Source of the DNA: Chrysomallon squamiferum
Lineage: Eukaryota; Animalia; Mollusca
Direction of reading: 5' to 3'
DNA length: 64,000 nt
NCBI GenBank assembly: GCA_012295275.1
Contig: CM022669.1
Span: forward strand, 9,982,001-10,046,000
Shown here: piece by piece, positions 40,490 through 54,023 of the stretch
Layout of the letters: each line of letters opens with the position of its first letter
Position numbering within the stretch: the first letter of the stretch is position 1
The notes under the pieces: model-generated
Databases searched by the model: none
The model's input: the letters and a program-made list of their open reading frames with translations, nothing else
What the model was told of the DNA's origin: nothing
Translations under genes and position numbers: made by a program

Positions 40490-40534
<45 letters not shown>

Positions 40535-40722
40535 CCCAGAAAAATCATTTCATTATATAACATTTCATTTGTTAGTTCATTTTATGTAATGTTCTGTATG
40601 GTTTGTTGCTGGGGTTTTTTTGTTGTATTATTATTGTTGTTGTTGAGTAGCAGTAGTAGTATGTTGTATTGTTTAGTGTAGCAATTTCTTCTACAGTAAA
40701 ATACAAAATATATTTTATTTTG

Positions 40723-40806
40723 CTAGACTACACATTACCGAGTATGAAGATTTGTTCATAAAAAAATTAGTTGAGCAAATCTGAACATCAGGCTGCTTGT
40801 TTTAAC
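40723..40806 (+). promoter_or_regulatory. SECIS element of deiodinase b
   Basis: ATGAA (40744), helix II GATTTGTTCA / TGAGCAAATC, A-rich apical loop, and closing TGAA (40782). Confidence 0.9.
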
Positions 40807-40824
40807 AAATAAAACATATTTTGT

Positions 40825-40856
<32 letters not shown>

Positions 40857-41092
40857 TTTTTGTTACTTTTCTGAAAGATTTGTATTTTGTATGATATAAA
40901 ATATATCCCAAAATATATTTAAAGATTAAAAAATAAGTAAAAAAATTAAATAAATAAAAAACTTGAGCTTTTGTTATAATTCTTGACAAAGAATCTTCTG
41001 GTAGTGCAAAACATGGTTTATAAGACACTGGATTGAAAATCAACAAAATCAGCTTTTCTTAATTATTATAATTGTATTCGAAGATTTGTTTT

Positions 41093-44000
41093 TTATAAAG
41101 CTGACAACAGTGAAAAGGTAAGTAAAGGTAAGACTAGATTGTCTATCTGAAGGGTGAATGACTCGAAGCAGGACACTAAGATCACAGCAAACATTAGGCG
41201 TATCACGTTCAGTTGCTCTAAAGCACCTTCGGAAAAAAAGAAAATGATAAACATCATTTAGCATCATGTATTATTATACAACGATTTGAAATAACAAGAT
41301 ACTATCAAATTTCAACTTAAATACTGCTGTAAAGTTTGGTTGCATAACATTAATAAAAAAGAAATGTTTGAGTGTATTTTGTTTCTTTATGCTTTTGAGA
41401 GTATATGTGTATATTTGTGTGTGTATTTAGTATATCTGAATACACATAAACTAATTTTTGTAAATCAATGCCTACATGAATGTGCTAACAAAAGAAAATG
41501 TAGTATATATATTAAATGATAACAAATATTAATCATAGACAATAAACCTACCAACAGCAGTTAACAGAAGCAGAAAAATCATCTGAGAAAATGTACAACA
41601 CACTGTCCCTTCAACTGTTTTCTTTGTACCTGGCAAAACAGTTTTATACATATATGATTACACTGTCAAAAACACTAGCACATATATGAATACAACACAT
41701 TTATACCTACCCCAATACACATTTTATTATGACATGACATACATTTTTTTTTTAATTTTAAAGAATGGTAAGTGAAAATTCTTTGGACTGAATTATTAAC
41801 CTCATTTACTGAAAAACAGTACCAAAGGGAAGCAATTCGTACCAGGCCATCTATGAAGTCCAACCCAAGATCCACCAATGGAAGCTGCAGTATCACCAAC
41901 AGCAAGGGAGAGCACTCCACTGTATAGAGGAAGAAGTGATTCTGAAATAAATAATAATAAAATAAAATGAAATGAAATGAATAGAAATAAAATAAAATAA
42001 AATAAAATAAAATAAAAATAGTATAGTATAGTATAGTATAGTATAGTATAGTATAGTATAGTATAGTATAGTATAGTATAGTATAGTATAGTATAGTATA
42101 GTATAGTATAGTATAGTATAGTATATACAGTACAGCACAGCACAGCAGAGCACAGCAAAGTAAAGTAAAGTAAAGCAAAGTAAAATAAAATAAAATAAAA
42201 TAAATAAAACCAATAATTTCATAACTAAACACAAAGTGAAAATGTCTGACATGTTTCTGAAACTAACCTTGATTATTAACCCTGCAAGAGATCCAAATAG
42301 GGGCAGATAACCCAATCAAGAGGTAGATATGTGTAAAAATAAGTTTCCCTGCATCTTTTTCATCAATAAATAAACTGAATGCTTCATGTATAGCCTCTCC
42401 AAATGGTGGTACTCTCAAAATTCTGATAGCCTAGAAGAAATAAACATATAAATATGTAAATAAATAAATATATGTTTGTTTCAAAATTTTAAATTGTAAT
42501 TTTTGTTCCAAGGATATTATGTTTATTATTAAAACTGGTGTTTGATGTATGTAACATATGTAATGGTGTCTGTGTGTGTGCATGGGTATGTGTGTGTGTA
42601 TATATACACATATATTCACACACACATATACATTCACAATCAGAAACCAAACTTTCATACTCATATATAAAAACACAGACACAGACACATACAGAGATGT
42701 AACCAAACAGACTGACACACACACAAACACACAAACACATATATACACACACAGAGACAAAACTGATTTTTACTTGTTTTTTTTTTTTTTCTCTCTCTCT
42801 TTTTTTTTCTTTTTAAATACAAACCTCCAAAAGAATGAAAACTGCCAAAGTCACAGCTGATCCAAGCAACAGAAACCCAACATCAAAAAAATCAGTCCAG
42901 GAACATACACAACGAGAACAACAATGTGGAAATATTTTCTTATGACAGTCGAATGTTTCACTCTGTTTTTGCTTTTTGTACATGTGTTTTCTTCAACTCT
43001 GATATTCTTCACAAACTTAGGACTGTCTATTACTTTAATTTGAGCATTTTTGCTGAAGTGAACGTTTGTCCAGTGAACAACAGTGACAGCAAGGATACTG
43101 CAAACTGACCAGTACAAAAGTAGAAACATCTGGAATAGATGATGATTAAATGTAGAAGAAAGAAAAGATGTCTTACTTGTTATTAATAAAAAGAGAAAGA
43201 AAGAAAGAAAGAAAGAAATAAAGAGAGAAAGGAAGAAAGAGTAAATAATTTAAAAAGTAAATAAAAATACATATATAAATTAATAATTACAATATAAACA
43301 ATAAAATACAGATATATACAAATAAATTATATAAATAAATAAATAAACAATTAAATGAAAAGCAAACAAACAAACAAACACAATATATAATTTTAGAAAT
43401 ATCTTCTAAACATTAAATTAAAACCATGATCATTAAATTGTTCTCAGTAATGTGGCTTTTAAAAAATAACTTAATTAAAAAATAAATAAATAAATAAAAT
43501 ATACTAATAACTCGAGGCTTCTATGTATATGTACATATAAGTAGGTGTGTGTGTCATCTATGCATGTGTGTATACCTAAAACAGGTAACGTAATTTATGG
43601 TTGAAAGCCTGTTATAACCAATAGTTTTTTTCTGGTAAAATATAACATCTATTTAGAAAAACAGACATACTTACTCTTGTTGAATTGGTAAATAAATATA
43701 TGAGTAGCCATGATATCGGATCTCTGCCCAGGTAAAAGTAAAGAGAAGGAAAAGCTAGAACAAGGGCCACTACTCCGTATGTGATATAGAAAAACAGTGG
43801 AAATCTTTTGTGTTGAAGATAAACAGCTGCAAATGTTGACATGGAGGCACAGGTAACACCAATCTGAAAAATAAATTAAAAATTAAAAAATTAAAATAAG
43901 GAAATAAAATTAATCTGAGACAGAAAATACAAACACAGATTTACATTTTATAATAAATTATTGCATAAAAGTTTAGCGTCTTTTTAAGAGGATTAATTAA

Positions 44001-44210
44001 TTTGTATGTTTACAAGTTTCAACTTATCGAGGCGAGGGACAATGGTTCTTTTTATTCTTGTTTTAATTATTATTAAAATGTTGTTGTTGTTGTTGTTATT
44101 GCTATATATGTAGTTGTTGTTTTAAATATTTATTTACCACTGAAACTGCTCTGACATTCAGGGGATACTGAAAGTTTTCTTCCTGTAAACAAATAATAAT
44201 AATAATAATA

Positions 44211-44245
<35 letters not shown>

Positions 44246-44373
44246 GATGATATTAATGATAATATTAATAATAATAAACAAATGATAAATATAATTATAC
44301 TTTAAACATGAAGAATATGAAGAAGGCTAAAACTATTTTTTGAAATACTACTCACAAATAAGAATTTTGTGAA

Positions 44374-44408
<35 letters not shown>

Positions 44409-45334
44409 CATCATCATAATCCTATAACTTTTTCCGTATCCCAAAATCCCCAAAACGTCTGTTACCACCAACAATAATTATATGACATGGATAAATAAAC
44501 AAAAAACCTATAGGTTTACCATCAACATCTGTTTTAGACTGTTCAGACTCCTCCAAACAATAAGTGATGTGAGCTGAAGTAAAACTGAGATTTCTCCAAC
44601 AGAAAAACACTTGGGCAGACATCTTGGTATTTTGTGTACACCATAGTACAGTGAGAGACACAGTAAAATTAATATCACAGAATTTATAGAATCTGCAAAT
44701 CAAAAATAATATTAATGTACTAAATTTGGTGTTATCTGAATATACAAAAATATAGAGCAATGTTCTGGTATTTTCTACACATCAGTGTGTTGAAGGACAA
44801 AAAAAAAAAACAGTTATTTAAATTTAAAAAAATTAATATCACAGAATTAAAAATAATTTTAATATATTAAATTTGGTTTTATTCCAGCTGATAAAAACTA
44901 GTAATGTTCTGGGGTTGTTTTTTTTACAGTGAATTAAGAAATGTAACAATATATAATTTTGGAGTGAAAAATGATGTTATCTGTAGTTTTAATATCATGT
45001 ATGTATGGACAGTTGGGTAAATAAATAATTCCAGTGTTTTTTTTTGTTTTTTTTTCATTTTTATTTTAAAAAATGTATTTCTTTCATTCTGTTTCTCTTT
45101 TCATCATTCTTTCTGAATCTAGGGTGTGTGTGTGTGTGTGTGTGTGTATACACAATATTCAGAAATCGTAAATGCTTAGACACCCAAATATGCATACATT
45201 TACACATTTATCTACCATATACTAATACACTACAAAACTCTAAAATATAGCCTACAAATTCTGTATACAAAAACCATAATCCACACAACCACATATACAT
45301 GAACACGTACACACACATGTACATACATACATGT

Positions 45335-45378
<44 letters not shown>

Positions 45379-47891
45379 GTACACAAAATATGCACACCTA
45401 CCAAGACTAAGACACAGAGGTAACAACCAGACTGAAGTACAAATGAAGTGTAGAATTGTTCTACTTGATAAAACTGCTGAAGAACACAAGAAGCAGAAGA
45501 CTAGATCATTTGATAACACCACACCATCTGAAATCAATCAATAAATCAATCTGTCAATCAATAAATAGAAATAAATAGAAATAAATTAATTATTTAATAA
45601 ATCAATCAATCAACCAATCAATAAACAGAAATAAATAGAAATAAATAAACAAAACCCTCCTGTTAGAAGATAATTAAAAAATAAAAATCTAGAATTATTA
45701 AATTTAGTTTACCAACACCTCATTATTTTTTGTATAAACAGTTATTAGATAACATGAATTAGAAAAAAATAGATACAACTCTCCATGATAAACTGATCAC
45801 ATGACACAGGCTGGAACAGTAAATAACAAGCTCAAAGAGAAAGATACTATCTATATACTCATTTTATCATAATTTAAATATTATCATGCAAATAATATGT
45901 ATTTTTATTTATAATATGTACTATTATTTATCAGTGTCATTAAATTATTTGCTTACAGACCTTTACTACTAGTGGTTTGTAATGATTAAATCATTTTGAT
46001 TCATATTACCATTAAAAAGAAGAAGAAGAAGAAGAAAGAAAGAAAAAGAAAAGAAATTGGCTATACTTGTCAATCAGCAATAAAGGATATATTAAATTAA
46101 CCCTCCCATGAACAGGGGAAAGGTGATTGATATATCAGAAAAAGGACTGTTAAAAAAGTGAATATAAAATAACAATATTCTGACAGATAAGCCACTGAAA
46201 TAAAGCCTGCATTAATCCATGTTTGATTACCGTAATAACATTATGAATATATAGAATATCTTTCCACCACATTTAACCCTTTTTAACTCTAATCTGCAAT
46301 GTTGTGAAGATTACGTGTATAAACAGCCATTGTTGATAAGGAGTTAAAGTTGTACATTGTAATACATATTAACATACAATAAAGAGAATAGTAGAACACA
46401 GTTTCATTTCTAGTGTAAGAATTCTAACACCTCTTGTTGCAAATGAAGGTATTGGTATATTTTTTTAATAATACAAATTAAATATTTTTACCTAGATGGT
46501 TGAGTTTAAAAGAACCTTTAAGAAGCAGAGTGGTTGGTAGGGTAGCAGTGGTCTTACTAAAAGCACAACCCTCTCCCATTATACACATGCATAACATGAT
46601 GTCACTAGCCATTCTCAACATTACATAATAAACATATCTAGATCTCAAATCATGAGTTTTGCCTGTTAAACAAGCCAGTTAATTGGAGGTAACTGGAAAT
46701 AGTCACACCTTTCTCTGTACTGTAATTAAAACAAAATTTGCTGCTTGTTAGCATGGAATGTTTTCTGAGGGAATTCTGTGCAAAGATTGGTCTTAACAAG
46801 AGAATAGTAATCAAATTAGAAAACCACAAAGTCATCACATGCAGTGACTTTGTAAACCTCACCGACCGAGATCTCAGAAACTTAAATCTGACCATTGGTC
46901 AAGCTGCAGTGGTTAAGATAGGAATACAAAAGCTTAAGTCTGTGTCTATGGCAATGGCCAACAAGATTCCTCATAACAGTGAGTACATTTTTACAGATAA
47001 CTGTTACGGGCAAATATTGGAAATGATAATAATATAACATAACATATTCATTCATTATGACAAAGATATATGGTAAATGAAAAAATAATAATAAAAAATA
47101 AAAATAATAATAATGATAATAATAATAATAATTATTATTATTATTATTATTAATAATAAAAATTACTTGTAATTGTATAGCTTTCTCTCTACCTTACTTC
47201 TTCTCTCTCTCTCTCTCTCTGTTTATGTTTCTCTTTCTCTTTCAGTCATATTTCTCTTTCTCAGTATATAATCAATAAAAAAAAGTAAATACAAATAAAG
47301 AATAACATGAAATATTAACCCAATTATACCAAATATTAATAATATTATTAACTAAAAAAAAAAAAAAAAAAAAAAAGAAAACCATAGAGATAATTGGACA
47401 TCTCTAGGAAATATTATTGCCATCATAAAAATACCAAGATTTTTCACGTATCTCTCAGAACTATTGTTACGTAACATGATAAAACGGAGACCAATCTAAA
47501 CTCTGTGTCTTATCTGAAATCCATTGTTGACCACCATCTTGAGAGGATTCAGTGGACAGTGGTGCTGTAAAAATATTATTTTAGTTAAAGCTCCGTGAAC
47601 AAAGTCCAAATCATGTACAGAAACTGTGAGTATAGTAACAGGGACCGCACGCATAATGTTAAATGTTGATGGGAATGTTAATGTGATGAGGGAAGGTAGA
47701 ATTTGTGAACAACAGCTGAACAATATGTAAAATAATAATATCTGAAAATAAATTTTGTGGGACAAATGAAGAAGTGTTGTATTAGAGTGATTACAGTGTG
47801 AGTTATGCAGTGTGTATAAGAAAGAAAGGGTGAAGAAGGAAGAAGAAGAAGAAGAAGAAGAGAGAGAGAGAGAGAGAGGAGAGAGAGAAGA

Positions 47892-47957
<66 letters not shown>

Positions 47958-48907
47958 GGAAGAAGAATAGAGAAGAGAGAGAGACCAAGGAAGGAAGTGG
48001 TAAAAAGACAGACAGGAAGAAAGGAAAGAAGAAAGAATAATGGATGGATGAATGAGCTAAATGTTAATGTACTGGGTAGATAACTGTATGTAAAATACTT
48101 GACTGATTAGATGAACATTGACAAGATAAAAGGAAAATGAACTGAGTTTTGATAAACTGAACAAACAATGAATGGTTGAATGTACAGATGGATCTATTGA
48201 TGGATGGATGGGTAGATGAATAGATATTGACAGACAAATGCATAACTGACAAATGAAAGGATGTTTGGATGAATGATAAGGTGGATATTTGGATTGATGA
48301 TAGATGAAAGAATGAAGGAAGGAACAAATAAATGAATAACCTATAGTATAAGTCAAGACAAACAAAAAGCAAAATTACTTATTCTGTAAGTATGAAATCT
48401 GTGATTTAAAAATAAATATCTGCTGAAAATAAAAACTGATCAGGAAAAGGCAAATCATTTTACTGAACTAGAAACCTTGACAATTTGACAAATAAATTAT
48501 AACAGACTGGAGCAAGTCTAGCTATAAATCTGACTGCATGGGAATTACATGCTGTGTATGCAAAGACATTAGCAGAAGGAAATCAGTGAGTTTGCTAGAT
48601 GAATGTTCAGGTGTGAATGAACAGGTAACTAGATAGTGCTGACAGACACACACCCAGACAGACTGACTGACAGACTGCTCATAAGATTCATTCTGCTTTG
48701 ATCTAGTGTTGAAGATCACCATTCTTCTTACAGGTTTCCATTTTTTATTATTTATTATTAGTTTTATTTTCAAAATTATAATAATTTATTATTATTAATT
48801 GTTTGGGGTTTTTGGCATTTTATTTTATTTTTTTTTTTTTTATTATTTTCATTTAATTTTTTTTTTCATTTTTAAATGCATTACTTTTACAAAATAAATT
48901 TTAAAGA

Positions 48908-48941
<34 letters not shown>

Positions 48942-51900
48942 ACTTTTTATTCAATTTATTTGTATTTTTCTCCTTACCTACAGTTAAACCCTCCAAAATA
49001 TGAAAATAGATTATATCTGTCTGTAGCATGTACTAGCTGTTACTGAAAGACATTAAAACAAACTTTTATTCAATTTATAATTTTTTTAATGTATTTTTCT
49101 TTTACAAGATCTCAAGCGAGAAGCTGACAATCTCATTCAGCCACCAACCATGCCAGGAGGGGCAATGACTGCAGCAACAACAGCTACTACTACAACAACT
49201 ACTGATGATTCAAACATAATAGGTAACTAATTCTGAACTTTTCTTTTGATTTTTCTATGCCTTTTTTTTTAACTCTTTTCTTTCTTTTATTATTTTTTTT
49301 TATTGTAGATAAAACATTTTTTATTGTTTTTTGCTACTATGGAATTAGCATAAGAGACGCTATTGAAAAAAACAGTGAATAAATATCTATGGTATCCCAA
49401 GTTTTACTTCGAGAGTTGGTCAATAACTGTAATAGCAATAAAAAGTTTGCAAACTGCAGTGAAGTTTAGAAACGGAGAAAATTTCCCTTATTGATATGGG
49501 CCTATTTCATGAAATTACTACATCTAACAGAAATGGAGTTTTAAAACATGGATAATGAGATATAGTTTGCCACTTGTATAATTTTCAAAATGAAAGCAAT
49601 CATAAAATATGATACAGACTATAATTAATTTATATTAAAATTTAATATTATAAAAAGGAGTATGATATGGGGATGCAGTTTATAACTTTATTCATTTATT
49701 TTTAAATTATTTTTAAATTTTTATATATTTATTTATTTATTTATTTATTTTTTTTTATTATTTTATCCATATATTCCTTTGTGACTAACAACTTCTAATT
49801 ATTTCAGCACTAACATCTAATAATATCAGTTACGTTATGTAACTTGGTAAAGTCAAACTATAAGATGGTATTTAAGTAATTCATCTGGAAAGACTTTTCT
49901 TCCTGTATGTCCAAATTCCATTTCCTGACTTGAATAGATTACATAAAGAGACGTTCTCTTAAAGATAAATAACTTCGTTCCAAACAGCTAGAGGATACTG
50001 CAATAATTTTAAAGTCCACAGAAAAAGTAAGCATGTTTACTTGGGATCGGTTTCGGATAATTATGCAACGATTCAAAGTACGGCTAAAGTGTCACACAAA
50101 CGTAACCGATAGAACTAATTTTGTGTTCTTGAATGAGCAATAATCCACGTATGACTGAGTCACCGGAGATTTTTAACCTTTGCACTCCCGACTGTTGTAA
50201 TCAAATTTGCGACCAGGCTAGACAACCGAAGTATGTATTACGTTAAATATCACACCCTTGACATGCTGTCGAGGTGTGCACTATTTTTTTTACTTTATCA
50301 AGCCACTCCACTCTCAAGGTGGGCCAATGTCCTAAATGTATATAAATAGGTAAGAAAAGGATTTTGGTGTTATACAAGTACTTAATTTGGTACATTACAG
50401 TAGTTCATGGTCAGAATTTTACCTGTGTGACTGTTACATGTAAGTACAGAACACTGTAGTTTTCTTAATAACCTGTTCTTACTGAAACCCTTTACTGTAT
50501 ATCATTTATACATTTTTTATTCTGTCTTTTGTTGTTTAGTTGTTTGTTTCTTCAGTTTTTCTTTAATATTATTAAGCTCTAAGTATAAGAAAATATTTAA
50601 AATATTTAATCTTGCACAGAACTTTTAACATACATTAAATCTACAAGTACGTTCATGTTAAAGTGGAAATATTGTGGACTTCTATGTTTCATAATTTTTT
50701 ATACTGATTCTAAAAAATTTAAAAATTTAACAAAAAAAATGACAAACTTGTAAATATTGGATAAAACTAATCATCTTGTTAATCTCTACAATTTTTCTTT
50801 TCAGTCTCCAAAGCCATGTCATTCGTCCGAGAAATATTTCACCTTCTACTGCGCTATGTCGCCATGTTGGTTTTGCTTGCCTATCACACTGGAGAGAAAA
50901 TCCTTCAAGCCATTGCAAGCCCCTTCCAGCCAGTGACAGCTGAAGCTAAGAAAGTACCCAAGTCCGAAGTGACCGTCCAGGGCATCTTCCGAACATTCTT
51001 GAGATTCATGCTTCTAACTGGACTCTACTGCTGGTCAGCAGTGTCTGGTCTGGTCAAGTATCTGTTCCGTCCAGTTGAATCCATAGTGGAAAGCGCAAAA
51101 GGAATTTTGAACGAGGAACCTCCAAATATTTGGGAAAAAGCCAAGTGATGTCTTTGTGGAAAATTTGACACAGTATCAAGACTTTACTTTTTCTTTTCAA
51201 GTTGAGACTTTAATTTTTTTTTTTTTTTTTATGATTCCTATTCAGTATACTCAAATACCAGTTATCTTAACAGTGAAAAATTAAATTAAAAATCATAAAA
51301 TAGATTAAGTCTTAAGACTGAAACCAAAATGACTGATCTTAATGAGAAACAAGTGTGTATACTGTAAGATTATTTGTAAATATGGCTGATTAATTATTTT
51401 GTCCATTTTCCTGTTTACAGATGTTTGTCTGTTGATTCGTTTGTTCTTTGCTTTTTCTGTGTTAACTTTTTCTTCTTTCAAAATAAATGAAATTCTGAAC
51501 TTCGTGTTTCTCTTCAGTAAGAAAAAATATAATGAACTAGTTCTTTAAAAAAAAAGAAAAAAAAGGGGTGTGTGAAAAGAATGGCATGCTAAGTCATTAA
51601 ATTATTACAAGTTCACACAACCTGTAGCATATGTGTTATGTACCATTACAAACATTATTCCAAATATTTATTTTCAATATTACACTAAAATAACCAAGAA
51701 ATGTCGTAATGAAAAAAAAGAAATAAAAGAAAGTTAAATCCTTTAAAATTGAAATGTTGAGGAGCTGAGGCATAATCTGGAGTAAGGGGATTATAGCTTT
51801 TGCTAATTGCTTACCTTGTAGGTGGATGTGTTTTTGTATTTTATAAACCGAGGTAATTCCTCCTAAAACTGTTAGAGGCACCAGCAGACAACACCACAGT

Positions 51901-52304
51901 CCATCATCTGCACCAGGCCTGAAAAGTTAAATTTCTATTCATCAAATATAATTTCTCCTGTCTGTGGAAAGTATAACCCTATGCAAGTTCATATAAAGTA
52001 GAAGATTTTTCTAAGGCTTAAGATAAAAATTAAAATATTTGTTTTTTCTTTAATTAGCAAAAATATGTATATTTTGTTGTGTCAGTTTCCCTCGTACATC
52101 TTTTATATATAATTATTGTTCACTTTTAATTTCCGTTTCCATCTGCTATTATTAACATTTAATAATTCTGTTTCATCTGTATATGTTAAATATTTAATTA
52201 CTTTCTTACCTGTAAATACCTGTCAGATTCTTTTGATTTCCTGGCAGTTTCTTGATTATTTTCCAGGTAATCACAAATAACTGGGTTAGGAACCAGCCTG
52301 AAGT

Positions 52305-52335
<31 letters not shown>

Positions 52336-52777
52336 TAGAAATGCTTAAAAAATAAATTGCATAGATTATTTCATTATAAAACTAAACTCCACAATGAACT
52401 TAACTATAAAGTAATTATTATTTTTCTAAATTGTGACAAAACATTTTTAATTATTAATATATAGTTCCAAACTTTTAGAATTTATAATTCATGAATTAAT
52501 ATTAAACAATGAAAGACTTCATATGAGGGAAAATGAAGGGCGTGTTTGTGTGGGAAAAAGAGAGAGAGAGAGAGAGAGAGGGGAGAGAGAGAGAGAAAAA
52601 GCAGTAGGTCTGAATGTAAATGAAATTAATTTTTACAATATATTTACCTATAACACAAAATATTTGATGTGTTGGGAGAGGCAGTGTGAGTACAGAACTC
52701 ACCAACACAAAACTCACACAAATCCAGACAGTGAGTCCCTCTAACAAACTCAGGATCGCCATACTGGCACATTTCAT
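41093..52777 (-). CDS. DOLK: Dolichol kinase, 11 coding exons
   Basis: Phase-compatible GT-AG exons: 52648-52777, 52210-52297, 51815-51918, 45402-45527, 44520-44692, 44138-44182, 43675-43863, 42825-43129, 42268-42430, 41843-41941, 41552-41629 and terminal 41093-41226 (12 segments including the last). Motifs [48 protein letters not shown] and QIDNLVLP. One frameshift lies in an A7 run at 42885-42891. Confidence 0.92.
46753..51148 (+). CDS. Nested gene in the DOLK intron: SAM-like domain, Thr-rich linker and two amphipathic repeats (227 aa if three exons)
   Basis: Exons 46753-46978, 49109-49222 and 50805-51148 join in frame through phase-1 GT-AG junctions. Exon 1 has a SAM-like pattern ([30 protein letters not shown]). 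The last exon may also be a separate 110-aa gene from ATG 50816. Confidence 0.65.
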
Positions 52778-52979
52778 CTAAAATAAACAAAACGGTTCAA
52801 AGTCTTTACTACATTCACACAGTTGCTTTAAATAATATCCTTATCTTATATACTGATACAGACTAAGGAGTCTAAACAGGCTTAATGTCATATTAACTAT
52901 TTATAGCAACATTTCGGCTTAATAGTTGATAATATTATAGTTCATGTTTAAGATCCTGAACGTTTGGGTTCTATTCACT

Positions 52980-53115
52980 TACCGATCATCTAATTAATTC
53001 TCTAGATGGAAAGCATTAGGTCTTTTAAAAAAATAAAAAATAAAAAATAAAAAAAATATTTATCAACTATACTGACTTCATTTTATTATTACTTTTTTTT
53101 CAGACAGAACATCTT

Positions 53116-53170
<55 letters not shown>

Positions 53171-54023
53171 TTCATATGTTTATTTAACAATTCACGAACA
53201 TAAGAATATACCGAAAATATGTCATTAAGTGATAACTAAACTAGGTACTACAACGGCATAATTATGTACAAGAATGTTAAACCGATAACAAATGATTATT
53301 TGTATTTTTAAATATGAAATATTAATGGTCTTACCTTGGTGTATCGAAAATGTCTAAAATGTTTGTTGTACACATTGTATAATACTATTAGTATTACTTT
53401 AATACTAATATACAATAATGACAAATTAGTACTTTCGCTTTGAACAGGTAAAGCTAATTACGAGTAATTAGTAAATTTTTCATTTCTTTGGTAACGTGTA
53501 TAGCTTTCTGTTTCTATATATACTGTGCTATAATAACTTAACGACATAAAATTACGGCTATACTATCAATAATAAATTACTGTTAGAATCAGAAAATAAA
53601 TACGAAACTCAGGGTCATCAAGGGCCGCCACTCTAAATTATTGCTGAAAGATCAATCTGAATGCAGGCGGGTTTGGATATTTAAATTTAAACTACTGAAT
53701 GAGAAGAAATCAGATTTTTAGAATATTAAATTTTCATATTATCACAATACTGTATTACGATGTTGCTGTTAGTAGTAAATATAAAGTTATTCGAAGGAAA
53801 TGATAATGCCATTATTTAGTAACTATTATTCAGTCTGGCAGTGGCACTGTGACTCGAGTCGATGTCATTTACTCATTGAGTCATTGTAATTTGTAACGTG
53901 ATTGTTTTCAGAGTTAACGTGTTTGTTGTGACTGACTGAAGTTCGTTTTCTCCACCATTAGCTTTTGTTGTTTCAGAATTCCAAATTATTAAAAAAAAAA
54001 AAATATCAGATCCAGAAAATAAA
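52980..54023. promoter_or_regulatory. Probable bidirectional promoter region DOLK/FAN1
   Basis: The start codons diverge ~1.25 kb apart. Minus-strand donors near 52981 and 53334 suggest DOLK 5'UTR exons. Confidence 0.5.

Noticed and set aside
47496-48630. Extra exons at 47496-47741 (-) and 48505-48624 (+)
   Set aside because: Not needed for the DOLK frame and not cleanly phase-compatible with the nested gene; left unresolved.
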